A program made the translations under genes and the position numbers. Shown here in pieces: positions 48,382 to 57,701 of a stretch of DNA of 64,000 nucleotides. The DNA comes from an uncultured virus (IMG/VR IMGVR_UViG_3300050821_005794) (lineage: Duplodnaviria; Heunggongvirae; Uroviricota; Caudoviricetes): the IMG/VR virus record IMGVR_UViG_3300050821_005794, one strand, 5' to 3'. A model generated the notes under the pieces. That model did not search any database. It saw nothing but the letters and a program-made list of their open reading frames with translations, and had not been told where the DNA came from. Position 1 is the stretch's first letter. Each line of letters starts with the position of its first letter.

Positions 48382-49062
48382 CTAGAATCCCGCCAAATGC
48401 GCGCCAATGAATCCTATGATAATTCCTACTCCTAGCCAGCGTAATTTGCTGCGCCGGGCTTGTGCTTTTATATCCGCGACCTCGGCCTTGCAGGCTTTAG
48501 ATTCATTGTCGTTCTGTACTTTCATGGCCGCTATGAATTTATCTTTTTCGGTTATATCAAATTGTAAGTTGGCGGCCAAGGTTGTCTCGTTGCTCAACCG
48601 CGTTTTAGTATCCGCCAAATCTGCCTGAGTTCCGGCCAGAGTATCCAAGCTGACAGCCAAACCGCGCCCAGTCCCAAGAGGTAGCTCGATGTCTTCGCCA
48701 TTTGTTGTGCCTCCTAACTTGGTTGCCGTTTCTTGTGCCGTCAAACTTGCGTCTTGCTTGACCTGAGCAGCCACAGCCACATCCCTGGCGGCTATTGTGG
48801 CCGCGAGTTTTTGATTGGCGTTCACAAGTTGAACATTCAGCGCGGCCCATTTTGTTTCGTCTTGCGCAAGCTGAGTTTGAATTGTTTGGGTTTGCTGTTG
48901 CTGAGTCACCAAAATAGACTGCCACTTTTGGTCGGATTCTTTAGCATGGCGCGCCAACAAAGAATCAACATAGTAGACGCTTCCGAAGGCTATTCCGGCG
49001 GCCAGTGCGAGCAAAATAATATGGTTGCGCAGCCATTGGGCATCCTGAGTTAAATTAAGCAT
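48382..49062 (-). CDS. membrane-anchored coiled-coil protein (spanin-like candidate)
   Basis: N- and C-terminal TM segments around a long coiled coil. Confidence 0.55.
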   Translation of the reverse strand: MLNLTQDAQWLRNHIILLALAAGIAFGSVYYVDSLLARHAKESDQKWQSILVTQQQQTQTIQTQLAQDETKWAALNVQLVNANQKLAATIAARDVAVAAQVKQDASLTAQETATKLGGTTNGEDIELPLGTGRGLAVSLDTLAGTQADLADTKTRLSNETTLAANLQFDITEKDKFIAAMKVQNDNESKACKAEVADIKAQARRSKLRWLGVGIIIGFIGAHLAGF

Positions 49063-49318
49063 TTAGTATGGGGTCCTTGGTGGGGTCTTTCTTAGGCGTG
49101 GGATAATTCATGATGCGGTAGGAGATGGCTTCAGCAATATTAGCAAGTTGCTGATCATTGAACAACGCTATGGTAGGCCGCTCAATAGCCTTGTACAGAA
49201 TATCTATTTCTTTTTTCTGGTCGTCAATTGTGCGCCTGGCGGCGGCCAATTCACGTTCTAAATCTATGTTTCGTTCAGTCAGAAGCAATGTTACAGGGTC
49301 ATTTCGTTTTTGGAACAT
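49055..49318 (-). CDS. hypothetical coiled-coil protein
   Basis: GGAGG RBS; promoter TTGACA-17-TAATCT at 49338-49366. Confidence 0.65.
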   Translation of the reverse strand: MFQKRNDPVTLLLTERNIDLERELAAARRTIDDQKKEIDILYKAIERPTIALFNDQQLANIAEAISYRIMNYPTPKKDPTKDPILNA

Positions 49319-49362
49319 GTGCCTCCCAATCCTCACTAGATTACCACTATCTTGTTGGTGTG

Positions 49363-49692
49363 TCAAGTCTTTTTTGAGTTAGAGTCTTTCACGACCAACG
49401 CGATCCAAACATACAGCAGCCAGTCCTGCGTGTACTGTGCGGCCCAGATAAAGAAGTCTCCGGGGCTGGCGATGCCTGTGTCTCGAATAACAATCCAATC
49501 AGCCAAAAATTTCAAGTGCGAAGCGTGAGTCATACAGACGTGCATCATGTCTACTTCGAAGGTAGTACATCCTCCGGGCCACAGTGTGGGCATCTGGCCG
49601 CCGTTGAAGGCCATAACGATGGCGTTGAGTACGAAGCCCGCAGCATAAGACAACCAAGGACAAAGAAGGATTGGCCAGTAGGGTATCTTCAA
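49363..49692 (-). CDS. DUF5317-like membrane protein
   Basis: LNAIVMAFNGGQMP..LKFLADWI..SPGD. Confidence 0.7.
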   Translation of the reverse strand: MKIPYWPILLCPWLSYAAGFVLNAIVMAFNGGQMPTLWPGGCTTFEVDMMHVCMTHASHLKFLADWIVIRDTGIASPGDFFIWAAQYTQDWLLYVWIALVVKDSNSKKT

Positions 49693-50054
49693 TTTGATCC
49701 GATGAGTTTTTGCTTTTGAAGTTTGTTGTAAAGTTTCCTTTGGGTTTTTGTATCGACCCGCCCAGGAAGTCCCAAATGTGGCCCGCCGAGCGCGATTGTT
49801 GCTGGCGGATATGTTAGGTAGTGTATCGCCCGTTCTAGCCATCGGATGTTATCCTTTACGTAGCCTAGTGCTCTATTGCAGTGACGACACAAAATTCCGC
49901 GCACAAGACCTGAAGCATGGTCGTGGTCTGTATTAGGTTTTGTGAGGGGTCGTTCACAAAGCGGACAGATACCTTTTTCGTAATCAAATATTTTCTGCCA
50001 AAGTTCAAGTGTTAGATTGAAGCATCTGAGCAGTCGTTTCTCTCGGGGTGTCAT
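49689..50054 (-). CDS. endonuclease VII family protein
   Basis: CPLC..DHDHASGLVRGILCRHCNRALG. Confidence 0.9.
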   Translation of the reverse strand: MTPREKRLLRCFNLTLELWQKIFDYEKGICPLCERPLTKPNTDHDHASGLVRGILCRHCNRALGYVKDNIRWLERAIHYLTYPPATIALGGPHLGLPGRVDTKTQRKLYNKLQKQKLIGSN

Positions 50055-50521
50055 GAAAAAAAACTGAGGCTCCCAACGGTGGCAATCAATCTGTGGTTAT
50101 CTGTATTTCTTGTTATACTTTCGCAAAACCATTCCCTAATGTTGGGATCATTGAGGCGGCCATAATAAAGCGCGACAGGTTTAGCTGGGGCGTTATTGAA
50201 ACTGAAAACTGAGGATAGTGAGTCTCTTGGCTGTGTTATGTCGTTCTCTCTTGTGCCCGAAAATATGCCGTCTATTTCCTTGAGCAGCAAATCAAAAGCG
50301 TAGTTTCTGGTTAAGGGTAATTCGTCTGAGTACGGGGCATCCGTCCACGAGTACTGCCTGTGATTGGCTAAAAGTTGCAGCCAGTCTCCTGAATACCAGC
50401 CTTGGCGAACGCGGTCCCGAATTACAAAACAGACGGCTAGCATACCTGACAGACCATCTTGGCCGCCGTCTTGCCATGCCTTAAGCGCCAACTGCGATTT
50501 TATAAAATACTCACCTTGCAT
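50051..50521 (-). CDS. divergent SleB/Hydrolase_2-like protein
   Basis: LALKAWQDG..GMLAVCFVIRDRV..QYSW..VGSLSFF parallels the 15677 gene; EARG Glu not conserved. Confidence 0.55.
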   Translation of the reverse strand: MQGEYFIKSQLALKAWQDGGQDGLSGMLAVCFVIRDRVRQGWYSGDWLQLLANHRQYSWTDAPYSDELPLTRNYAFDLLLKEIDGIFSGTRENDITQPRDSLSSVFSFNNAPAKPVALYYGRLNDPNIREWFCESITRNTDNHRLIATVGSLSFFS

Positions 50522-50538
50522 TTATATATTATACCACA

Positions 50539-51900
50539 CTATTTCTTCGTACCTAACTTAGCCGCACCCTCTGCCGTAACGGGCGATTTAGGACGATCAT
50601 ACCGAATTCCTTCTGGTGTCTTAGTTTTTGCCCACCCTCGTTTTTCTAGCGCTGCCAGGGAGTTATTCATTCTGAGTTTTTCGTTTTTAGAAGTAACCTG
50701 GGCATCGTTTTTGATTGTAATAGATTTCAAATTATTTTGAAGTGTTTTTTGATCGTTGATTTTCGACCAAAATTCGGCGTGCCCTTGTTCGTACGCGGCG
50801 GCGGCCATTGGTTTAGACCGATTGACTTGGCCTTCGATTCCCTTGGAATCAAATTCTAAATGAACTCCTTTGCTTGCACCCTGTCCCGTTGCTAGGTCAG
50901 GAGTGTTTGCAAAATACATATCAGGTTGTCGTGCAATAATGCCTCCCGTGGGGATCATCTCCATAGCACGATTCACGTTGGTTTCGTGATGTAATGTATC
51001 CGTATATTTTGAGAGGTCAGTTCGGTAGTTATCTCCAATTGGCGGTAATTTCTTAGACTGCGATTGCTCGCCTTCGGAACTACCTAATTTCGCGGCCCCC
51101 TTATTTTTGGCTTCACCCGCTGCAAATTTATGTAATGTATCCGCCATGTGTTCGGTTACTCGTTCCGGTGTTATGTCCTTCTCATTCAATGCCGCAGTTT
51201 TGCCGGGGTGACCGGGGTGTTCAAACATGTGGACGCCCGAACCTTCTATAAGTTCACCTTTGTATTTTAGACCCGCGCTTTCGACCATCTGTTGGGGTGT
51301 TTGTTTTGGCGCAGATTTAGACTGAGGTTGTTCAACTTCTGAACGAGGCTTTTCTGCTTCGCGTGGTTTTTCTAATTGGCTGCGCTTTTCTTCTCGGATA
51401 GCATTGGTATCGCCTGTTGGGGCTTCAACCATGCCACGTTCCAGGTTGGCCCGGTCTAGCGCGATGGCCTCTTCAGGCGTAAGTTTGCGGCCAGCCTGAC
51501 GTTCTAAATAACTATGAATTTCTGGCGGCAACGAACCTGTTTCTCCGGTAGGTGTGGCTCGCGATGTTGCTTCAGGTTGGACCATGACTTCCTTAGCGGG
51601 GGCCACTTCTTTAGGAAGCAGCCCTTCAGGTCCTTCGCCTTCGGTGCCAGAGGCCATACCAATAACCATATTAGCAACTTTATCTCGGTCTGTAAAAGTT
51701 TCTTTTAACTGGCGGCCAAGTTCTTGTGAAACTGGATTGGTAAGAGGCAGCGCGGCTATAGCGGCGGCACCTTTTGCCACGTTCACAGCCCTAACGCGCA
51801 GACCATCAAATACACTTGGGACCTCTGTGGGTGCAGGCTGTGGTGCAATTGGAGGGTTGGCGGCGGCCTGTTGTTCTGGATTGTCTGGCGTATTTGGCAT
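50539..51900 (-). CDS. putative internal virion / ejection protein
   Basis: Position and low-complexity composition. Confidence 0.55.
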   Translation of the reverse strand: MPNTPDNPEQQAAANPPIAPQPAPTEVPSVFDGLRVRAVNVAKGAAAIAALPLTNPVSQELGRQLKETFTDRDKVANMVIGMASGTEGEGPEGLLPKEVAPAKEVMVQPEATSRATPTGETGSLPPEIHSYLERQAGRKLTPEEAIALDRANLERGMVEAPTGDTNAIREEKRSQLEKPREAEKPRSEVEQPQSKSAPKQTPQQMVESAGLKYKGELIEGSGVHMFEHPGHPGKTAALNEKDITPERVTEHMADTLHKFAAGEAKNKGAAKLGSSEGEQSQSKKLPPIGDNYRTDLSKYTDTLHHETNVNRAMEMIPTGGIIARQPDMYFANTPDLATGQGASKGVHLEFDSKGIEGQVNRSKPMAAAAYEQGHAEFWSKINDQKTLQNNLKSITIKNDAQVTSKNEKLRMNNSLAALEKRGWAKTKTPEGIRYDRPKSPVTAEGAAKLGTKK

Positions 51901-53591
51901 TATTCTTTCCCTGCAACCACTATTTTTGCACCCTTGTCGGCGGCTAGCGCCAACCGAAGGTCCTGCGGATGAACTTCATAATGGTTGCCATCGCTGCCAA
52001 GAATATGAACCCAGGCATCTTCGCCCGTATTGGCAGTTTTTTCCGCTGCGCGTTCGCCTGCTACGCCGCCAGCAGCTTGGGTGGTTTTCTTTGCAACAGC
52101 TTTCGTAATTTTGGTTACTGTACTCTCAGGCCGACCCGCCTTGACAGCGCGTTCAGCCATTGCATCAGGACTGTTAATTCGAGCGTCTGCAATTGGAAGG
52201 ACGGCAGCGAGTGCACCCGCTGGACCACCCGCAGCCGCGCCCGCCGTAGCGCCAATCATTTTCTTTAGACTGATGGCTGATTGGCGGTTTTGAACATTGA
52301 CTTGACCGCGAAATTCGTTTTCAACATTCCGCAACGCACCGTAGGTTTTCTTTAGTTCATCAATGTTATTTCCGCCAAAGGAATTAATGTGATTGTAAAC
52401 TTGCTCGCGGAGAGCATCTGCGGCGACGCTTTTCATTCCGCTAGCAGTTCCAGCTTTAATAGCAGCAGCGCGTTCGGAAGCCTTCAGTTTCCACCAACCT
52501 TCGGCAGCTAATTCAGAATTCAGGTGTTCTATATCAGCTTCCATTTCTTTAATACTCATCATGGACTTGGGGCCGGGACCGGAAAATTTATTTGCTAATT
52601 CTTCCGCACCTTTGGCTGCTTCAGGACTATATTTTGTAAGCGACGGAGTTATTTTTGCGCGAATAGCGTCGGCAACGGGAGCCACGTCCTTCAAGTCGTT
52701 TTCATGCGTCTTAATCATGGGTTTGACTTGATTATTCCACAATTCATCCGAAGCAGTTAGTGCAGCATCGGATACACCTTCTACTCCCTTGCCTTTTATA
52801 TCAGGTAATTTTTTTACAAGTTCAGGAAGGGCGCGATTCCAGTCATCTTCCCATCTGGTATTCCATTTGCCAGGCTTACCTGACCGCGTAGCTTCGGCTA
52901 ACGAATCGCGACCAATGCCGACCGCTTCGCCAACTTTTTGCGCACCTGCGATCCCTAATTCAGCCAATAACGATCCTACGGCCCCGCCTTCGGCACCTGA
53001 TTTAGCGCCGCCCGCAGCATCGCCTTCGGCGGCTCCTTTAATACCGCCCTGAACACCACCGACAGTTCCGCCCTTCAGCATACTTATAATAACCTTAGAC
53101 GCTGTGGGATAGTCCTCCAAAATTTGCATGATTTCAGGTGCTCTAGTGGCTATCTCGGACACCGATGTTAGGGTTTTCAGACCTTCTTCACCTATGAGCC
53201 ATTCTATACCTTCTTCGCCGACATTGCCAGCGCCTTCGCCTATATTTTTAGGTTCTGCTAGAGCGCGGCCTTTAGCTAGCACACCTTCAACATTTTGGTT
53301 GCTGCCAGTGGCTTTACTAGCTAGTTCGCCTATGCCAACAGCAGTTTTCAGAGCACCTTTGCCCATGCCGACAGCAATGTCTTTGGGAGTTGCGGTTAGG
53401 TCTTGCTGTGACTGGCGGATTGCCATGTCCTGGGGAGACACATTGGCAGACGCAAAAGACTGGCCACCAAATTCGGCATAGGGGTCTGATGCAGCAGGCG
53501 CGGGGGCCGTAGGATTGGTATTTACTTGAATTGTCTGCCCGCCGAACTCAGCGTACGGGTCTTGCGCGGTTTGCGGTGCTCCGTCTGCCAT
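51900..53591 (-). CDS. putative DNA ejection protein
   Basis: DPYAEFGGQ repeated twice; Ala/Gly-rich helical composition. Confidence 0.65.
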   Translation of the reverse strand: MADGAPQTAQDPYAEFGGQTIQVNTNPTAPAPAASDPYAEFGGQSFASANVSPQDMAIRQSQQDLTATPKDIAVGMGKGALKTAVGIGELASKATGSNQNVEGVLAKGRALAEPKNIGEGAGNVGEEGIEWLIGEEGLKTLTSVSEIATRAPEIMQILEDYPTASKVIISMLKGGTVGGVQGGIKGAAEGDAAGGAKSGAEGGAVGSLLAELGIAGAQKVGEAVGIGRDSLAEATRSGKPGKWNTRWEDDWNRALPELVKKLPDIKGKGVEGVSDAALTASDELWNNQVKPMIKTHENDLKDVAPVADAIRAKITPSLTKYSPEAAKGAEELANKFSGPGPKSMMSIKEMEADIEHLNSELAAEGWWKLKASERAAAIKAGTASGMKSVAADALREQVYNHINSFGGNNIDELKKTYGALRNVENEFRGQVNVQNRQSAISLKKMIGATAGAAAGGPAGALAAVLPIADARINSPDAMAERAVKAGRPESTVTKITKAVAKKTTQAAGGVAGERAAEKTANTGEDAWVHILGSDGNHYEVHPQDLRLALAADKGAKIVVAGKE

Positions 53592-53598
53592 TTATCCT

Positions 53599-55620
53599 CT
53601 ACTTTATGACTTGAGCGTTCGGGTATTTCTTTTGAAAATCGGCTAGTTTGTCTTGTGAAACATACCCAGCAGGCTGACCCGGGATTTGAACATGAACTGT
53701 TCCGGCAGGAGGACCTCCCTGTCCAGGCACAGCCGTCCACTTATCCATGATGGCTTGGTTTTTTTCAGATACGACGGGTTGTTTCACACTTTCGGGAGTG
53801 CGGCCACTCATGTTGGACTTGAATTTGTCCCGAATAGTTTCAATTTGAGTTTTCAGAAGATCAAGATTACCAACGATTTGAGCTTTCTGAGTATTGGGGC
53901 CGGCGTTACGGTTCAAATTCTTGCGCTGGGCTTCGATTTCCTGATCTGAGGCAGAACCGCCAATTTTGACCGCGTTGGCAGCCTCCGCAGCGGCCTTATT
54001 AGCGACCATGTCATACAAAACAGGTTCAGGTTGGTCAGTTTGGATGCCATATTCGTTAGCTAACTGATTGAGGGCGCGCAGATGTTCCTGCGGTAAACCC
54101 GTAGCAACTTGGCCCAATAAATCTAAGTGACCTATAGCGGTGTTGATACGGTCTCTGGCTGCGCCTTCGCCGTGTGTTCCGCTTTGGTATTCTTTCAAGT
54201 ATTGAACTTCAAGCGGATATTTTTTCTCATCGTAGGGATCATTAGGATAGGCGTGGTTCACAGCATCAATGTATTTCTGTTTTTCTTGGCCGCGCGGCAG
54301 AGACGTAACGGATTGACGGCGGTCATGAATGGCCTGAACTGTGTCCCACATCTGCGGCGGCAAACTTTGAATAAAAGGTTCTCCTGTTAGCGAATAATCT
54401 CCAACAGGGGTATTCATGTCTCCTTTTGATGGGCCGACATAATGTAATTTCTGACCTGTTCGATCATCAACTACCCAAGTGCTCAATTGTTGTGTGCCAG
54501 GATTCCAAATATCTTTAAATGTTGTTTTTCTTTCACCAGATAGGGGTTCTCCCGTATCTGGGTCTTTCATTATTTTAGCTATTCCTAGCACAGAATTTAT
54601 ACTAACCTTAATGGGGTTGCCGTTTTTGTCGGAAATTGTGTCATCGTGCCAGTTTTTAGTGTCTGTTAATGCTTCGTTGTATTTTTTCAAACCCTGGTAG
54701 TCTAGAGCGTTCCACTGTTCAAATGGAATTGTCTGGCCTGTTTCTAGTGATTCGGCACCTGGGATGCCTACCGCTTTGAGATGCTCGACTTGTACCGGAG
54801 TTAGTTTTACGGGTTTGTCAATTTCCGCCAAACTATATCGTTTCTCGACAGGCATTTCTCCTGTTTTTGGGTCAGGAACCGCGCCTTCTACTGGTACGAC
54901 CCTTGTGAGAAAGGGTTTGTATTTTAGATAGTCTGGATTATCCTGCCGAAACTTAAGTGCTTCATCCCAAGTCATATCTTGAGCAATTATTTTATTCCCA
55001 CCGGCGGCAACAGCGCCTAGTCTATCCTGTCCTAAAGCTGCGTATTTGGACTGGCTTTCCATCGTAGCATTGCGAAGTTCTTGCGCGGCCCTGGCGGTTT
55101 CAATAATCGTATGAGCATTGGTTGCTTTGTTGAGCATCATTTGTTGCTGGCGCTCAAAATCCTCACCTGCCTGCTTGCGCTCAAGCAACCCTTGTTCTTT
55201 CTGTCTCGTTATGGCGTCTTCAGCGCCCGCACCCAAGCCTGACGCAGCCGCAGCTAATCCACTCTTTTGTGGCCCGATTCTAGAACCCGCAGCCAGTCCT
55301 AACAATGCTGACCTGGCAATCTTGCGAAGTTGGTCGCCTGTAGTCGCGCGACCCATTTGAGCAGGTTGCATAACTCCGTTTTCATCAACCTTGGGTGGGG
55401 CAACTTCTTTTTGACTACCTGCGACAGCACCCAGTACGGCACCCATGAAGGCATGGCTAAGGGAATGGAAGCCTGAGCCTGGTGCAGGTTGCGCTGCCGG
55501 ACCTTGTAACGTTTGCGGTTGTTGAGGTTGTGGTTGAGGCGCAGGAGCAGGAGGTTGGAGTTGGCCTGTTATGGGTGCCGATTGTGTATCTATTTGTGGC
55601 GCGTCTACAGGGTCGGGCAT
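53599..55620 (-). CDS. putative DNA ejection protein
   Basis: Gln/Ala-rich 673 aa ORF in podovirus-like order. Confidence 0.6.
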   Translation of the reverse strand: MPDPVDAPQIDTQSAPITGQLQPPAPAPQPQPQQPQTLQGPAAQPAPGSGFHSLSHAFMGAVLGAVAGSQKEVAPPKVDENGVMQPAQMGRATTGDQLRKIARSALLGLAAGSRIGPQKSGLAAAASGLGAGAEDAITRQKEQGLLERKQAGEDFERQQQMMLNKATNAHTIIETARAAQELRNATMESQSKYAALGQDRLGAVAAGGNKIIAQDMTWDEALKFRQDNPDYLKYKPFLTRVVPVEGAVPDPKTGEMPVEKRYSLAEIDKPVKLTPVQVEHLKAVGIPGAESLETGQTIPFEQWNALDYQGLKKYNEALTDTKNWHDDTISDKNGNPIKVSINSVLGIAKIMKDPDTGEPLSGERKTTFKDIWNPGTQQLSTWVVDDRTGQKLHYVGPSKGDMNTPVGDYSLTGEPFIQSLPPQMWDTVQAIHDRRQSVTSLPRGQEKQKYIDAVNHAYPNDPYDEKKYPLEVQYLKEYQSGTHGEGAARDRINTAIGHLDLLGQVATGLPQEHLRALNQLANEYGIQTDQPEPVLYDMVANKAAAEAANAVKIGGSASDQEIEAQRKNLNRNAGPNTQKAQIVGNLDLLKTQIETIRDKFKSNMSGRTPESVKQPVVSEKNQAIMDKWTAVPGQGGPPAGTVHVQIPGQPAGYVSQDKLADFQKKYPNAQVIK

Positions 55621-56057
55621 GTTTCAGGGTCCTCAACTTTCGATTCCAGTAGCCAACTAATTTTCGTACTCAAAGTTATAGTAGTATCTTTTAGAGAACG
55701 TTGCATAAAAAGTAATATTTTCCTGGCGGCGCGGTCATCTGAAAATCCATAGACAGCCAGCAAGTCTTTCAATGTGTTCTCAGGCGTCAGTCTGTGATTC
55801 TTGCCCGAACACTTAGCTGCGACGTCTGAGCAGGCGGCCTTTATGCCCCCGCCGAAACTTGTAAAAACGCGGTAGTGATCTGAGTCGCATTTTTTTTCTG
55901 GACGATACGACCGCAGCAAAAGCGGGCTTTTCAAACTGAACGACTTCGATTCTGGCGAGTCGAAGCAACCGTTTTGGTTGCCGATTCCGATTACGAGCAA
56001 CTCTATTTTTAACATTAGACTATCAATAAACAGAAGATGGCATCTGCCCACTACCAA
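55605..56057 (-). CDS. hypothetical protein
   Basis: Fills the gap; true start probably MLKIELL. Confidence 0.5.
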   Translation of the reverse strand: MVVGRCHLLFIDSLMLKIELLVIGIGNQNGCFDSPESKSFSLKSPLLLRSYRPEKKCDSDHYRVFTSFGGGIKAACSDVAAKCSGKNHRLTPENTLKDLLAVYGFSDDRAARKILLFMQRSLKDTTITLSTKISWLLESKVEDPETCPTL

Positions 56058-56781
56058 ATCCTGGTCCTAAAGGTAGATTTGTATTGCCACCGCCAAGACT
56101 ATTGCCGAGACTACTACCCAATGACGCACCAAGCGGGCCGCCTAATGCTGCCCCGCCAATTGCGCCTATCGCTCCCATTACCGGGGCCATCCAACTAGAA
56201 TTTGCTTGTTGAATTTGCGTCGCGCCTTCCATTGAAGAACTGGCCGCACCTGTAGCCGCGTTTTCACTTCCTGAAACCGCGCCACCGAACCCGGAACTGG
56301 CACCGGCTAGTCCTTCTGCTCCGCCGACCAATTCACCTATTGCCGTGTTGAAATTCTGGCGACCAGTTGCGTAATTAGCTTGTGTAATATTTTCTTGCTG
56401 GTTGGCGTTAGCTATCGCACCTTGTGTGTTGACCATCTCGCCAATCTGTTGGTTGGCCCCGCTAGGAACGAATGCACCGCCTCCGCCAGCGGCAGCTTCT
56501 TTAGCGTTGGCTGCGATTTGGGCGTTCTGGGTGCCTTGTGTGATAGCATCCGAAGCCTGGGTTCGCATTGCGGCTTCTTCTGGCGCGGAAAATCCCGTTT
56601 GGTTAGGCCCGGCGCTGATAATTGGTTCCAGCGCAGTTTTAAGCGACCCTAAAATGGCTTGATTTTGCCCAAAAATAGTCGCGAAATCTTGGGCCATCAA
56701 ATTTGTAAAGTTCATCGAGGCAGTAGCGTTGGCTGCTTCTGCTGATTGCGCCGCATTTTGGGCGTCTGAGGCTCCACAGAT
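56023..56781 (-). CDS. Gly/Ala-rich pilot/ejection protein with probable ATC start
   Basis: Frame open upstream to ATC TGT GGA GCC, giving MCGAS; GAGGGT RBS 6 nt before. Confidence 0.65.
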   Translation of the reverse strand: MCGASDAQNAAQSAEAANATASMNFTNLMAQDFATIFGQNQAILGSLKTALEPIISAGPNQTGFSAPEEAAMRTQASDAITQGTQNAQIAANAKEAAAGGGGAFVPSGANQQIGEMVNTQGAIANANQQENITQANYATGRQNFNTAIGELVGGAEGLAGASSGFGGAVSGSENAATGAASSSMEGATQIQQANSSWMAPVMGAIGAIGGAALGGPLGASLGSSLGNSLGGGNTNLPLGPGFGSGQMPSSVY

Positions 56782-56785
56782 AGAA

Positions 56786-57208
56786 TTACCCTCTTTCTGC
56801 TAAATTTAAGTTACAAACAATCTCATTTTTGCTTCGGCGAAATCCAAACTTACGTAAAAACCAAATCAGAGGTGCAGAGATGGATTCAAAAATCAACTGA
56901 GCGTACTGGGGTCTGGCTTCTTGCTTAATATGGTTGATAAATTCAGCCATAGCCTTCCTTGTTCTGGCGATTTCCGTTGGCGGCGCAAACTGACAGTGGA
57001 TTCTGAGGATATTTTCCATTTTGAGGTACCCAATTGTGCCGATTTCGTCTTCTACAGCAACGTAATCTGTGCCTTTGTGTTTTTGACTTACGTCTTTCGG
57101 AGGCAACCAGAAAGAAAGATTCGATGTTTTCGAGTGTTCGTCGTCCGCGACTAGCCATTTTTCCAGCAAAAGTTCATCGTTGACCGCGATGGGTCTGAAT
57201 TTGAGCAT
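56786..57208 (-). CDS. GNAT-like fold protein in tail module
   Basis: MLKFRPI..LRKFGFR; typical position before ejection genes. Confidence 0.5.
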   Translation of the reverse strand: MLKFRPIAVNDELLLEKWLVADDEHSKTSNLSFWLPPKDVSQKHKGTDYVAVEDEIGTIGYLKMENILRIHCQFAPPTEIARTRKAMAEFINHIKQEARPQYAQLIFESISAPLIWFLRKFGFRRSKNEIVCNLNLAERG

Positions 57209-57210
57209 AT

Positions 57211-57447
57211 TTATCTCTTAAAAGAATGAAAAGCATCGAAAATAAAGTGTATAAACCCGCCGATACCTAAAGCGGCCCCACTGAAGTACCAAATTTTCTT
57301 TTCGACGGCCTTCATATCCTTCTGAAGCCTCGGTACGGCCCCGGTTTCGCCATCATCTGAAACCAATAAATCCATTTTGGTGCCCAATTTCGCAAGATGT
57401 GTTAAAACTTGTGTTTCAAACTCATTGTTGCTATGCGTTTCTTCCAT
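57211..57447 (-). CDS. small protein with C-terminal TM helix (holin/XhlA-like)
   Basis: Coiled coil followed by a hydrophobic helix. Confidence 0.55.
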   Translation of the reverse strand: MEETHSNNEFETQVLTHLAKLGTKMDLLVSDDGETGAVPRLQKDMKAVEKKIWYFSGAALGIGGFIHFIFDAFHSFKR

Positions 57448-57453
57448 AACAAT

Positions 57454-57696
57454 CTAACTTCCTCCTGGCCGGATGCCATTGCGGAGTGGCGGGGTAATTC
57501 TGTATTGCGGGATGCTGTTGGCGTAAAATTGACGCAGAGAATCTGGGTCAGTAGCGAGTGGGGACGGTATGAGACACCTAAGAAAACCATTTTTGGAGCT
57601 TTCCTGCGGGAGTTGGTTCATTACGGGCGTAGCCATTGCAGAATTTGAATCTATTGGCCGCAATTTTGACATGTCGGGTTGCATGAATTTGCTCAT
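57454..57696 (-). CDS. hypothetical protein
   Basis: GGAG RBS; MSKFMQPD start. Confidence 0.55.
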   Translation of the reverse strand: MSKFMQPDMSKLRPIDSNSAMATPVMNQLPQESSKNGFLRCLIPSPLATDPDSLRQFYANSIPQYRITPPLRNGIRPGGS

Positions 57697-57701
57697 ATTG
57701 A

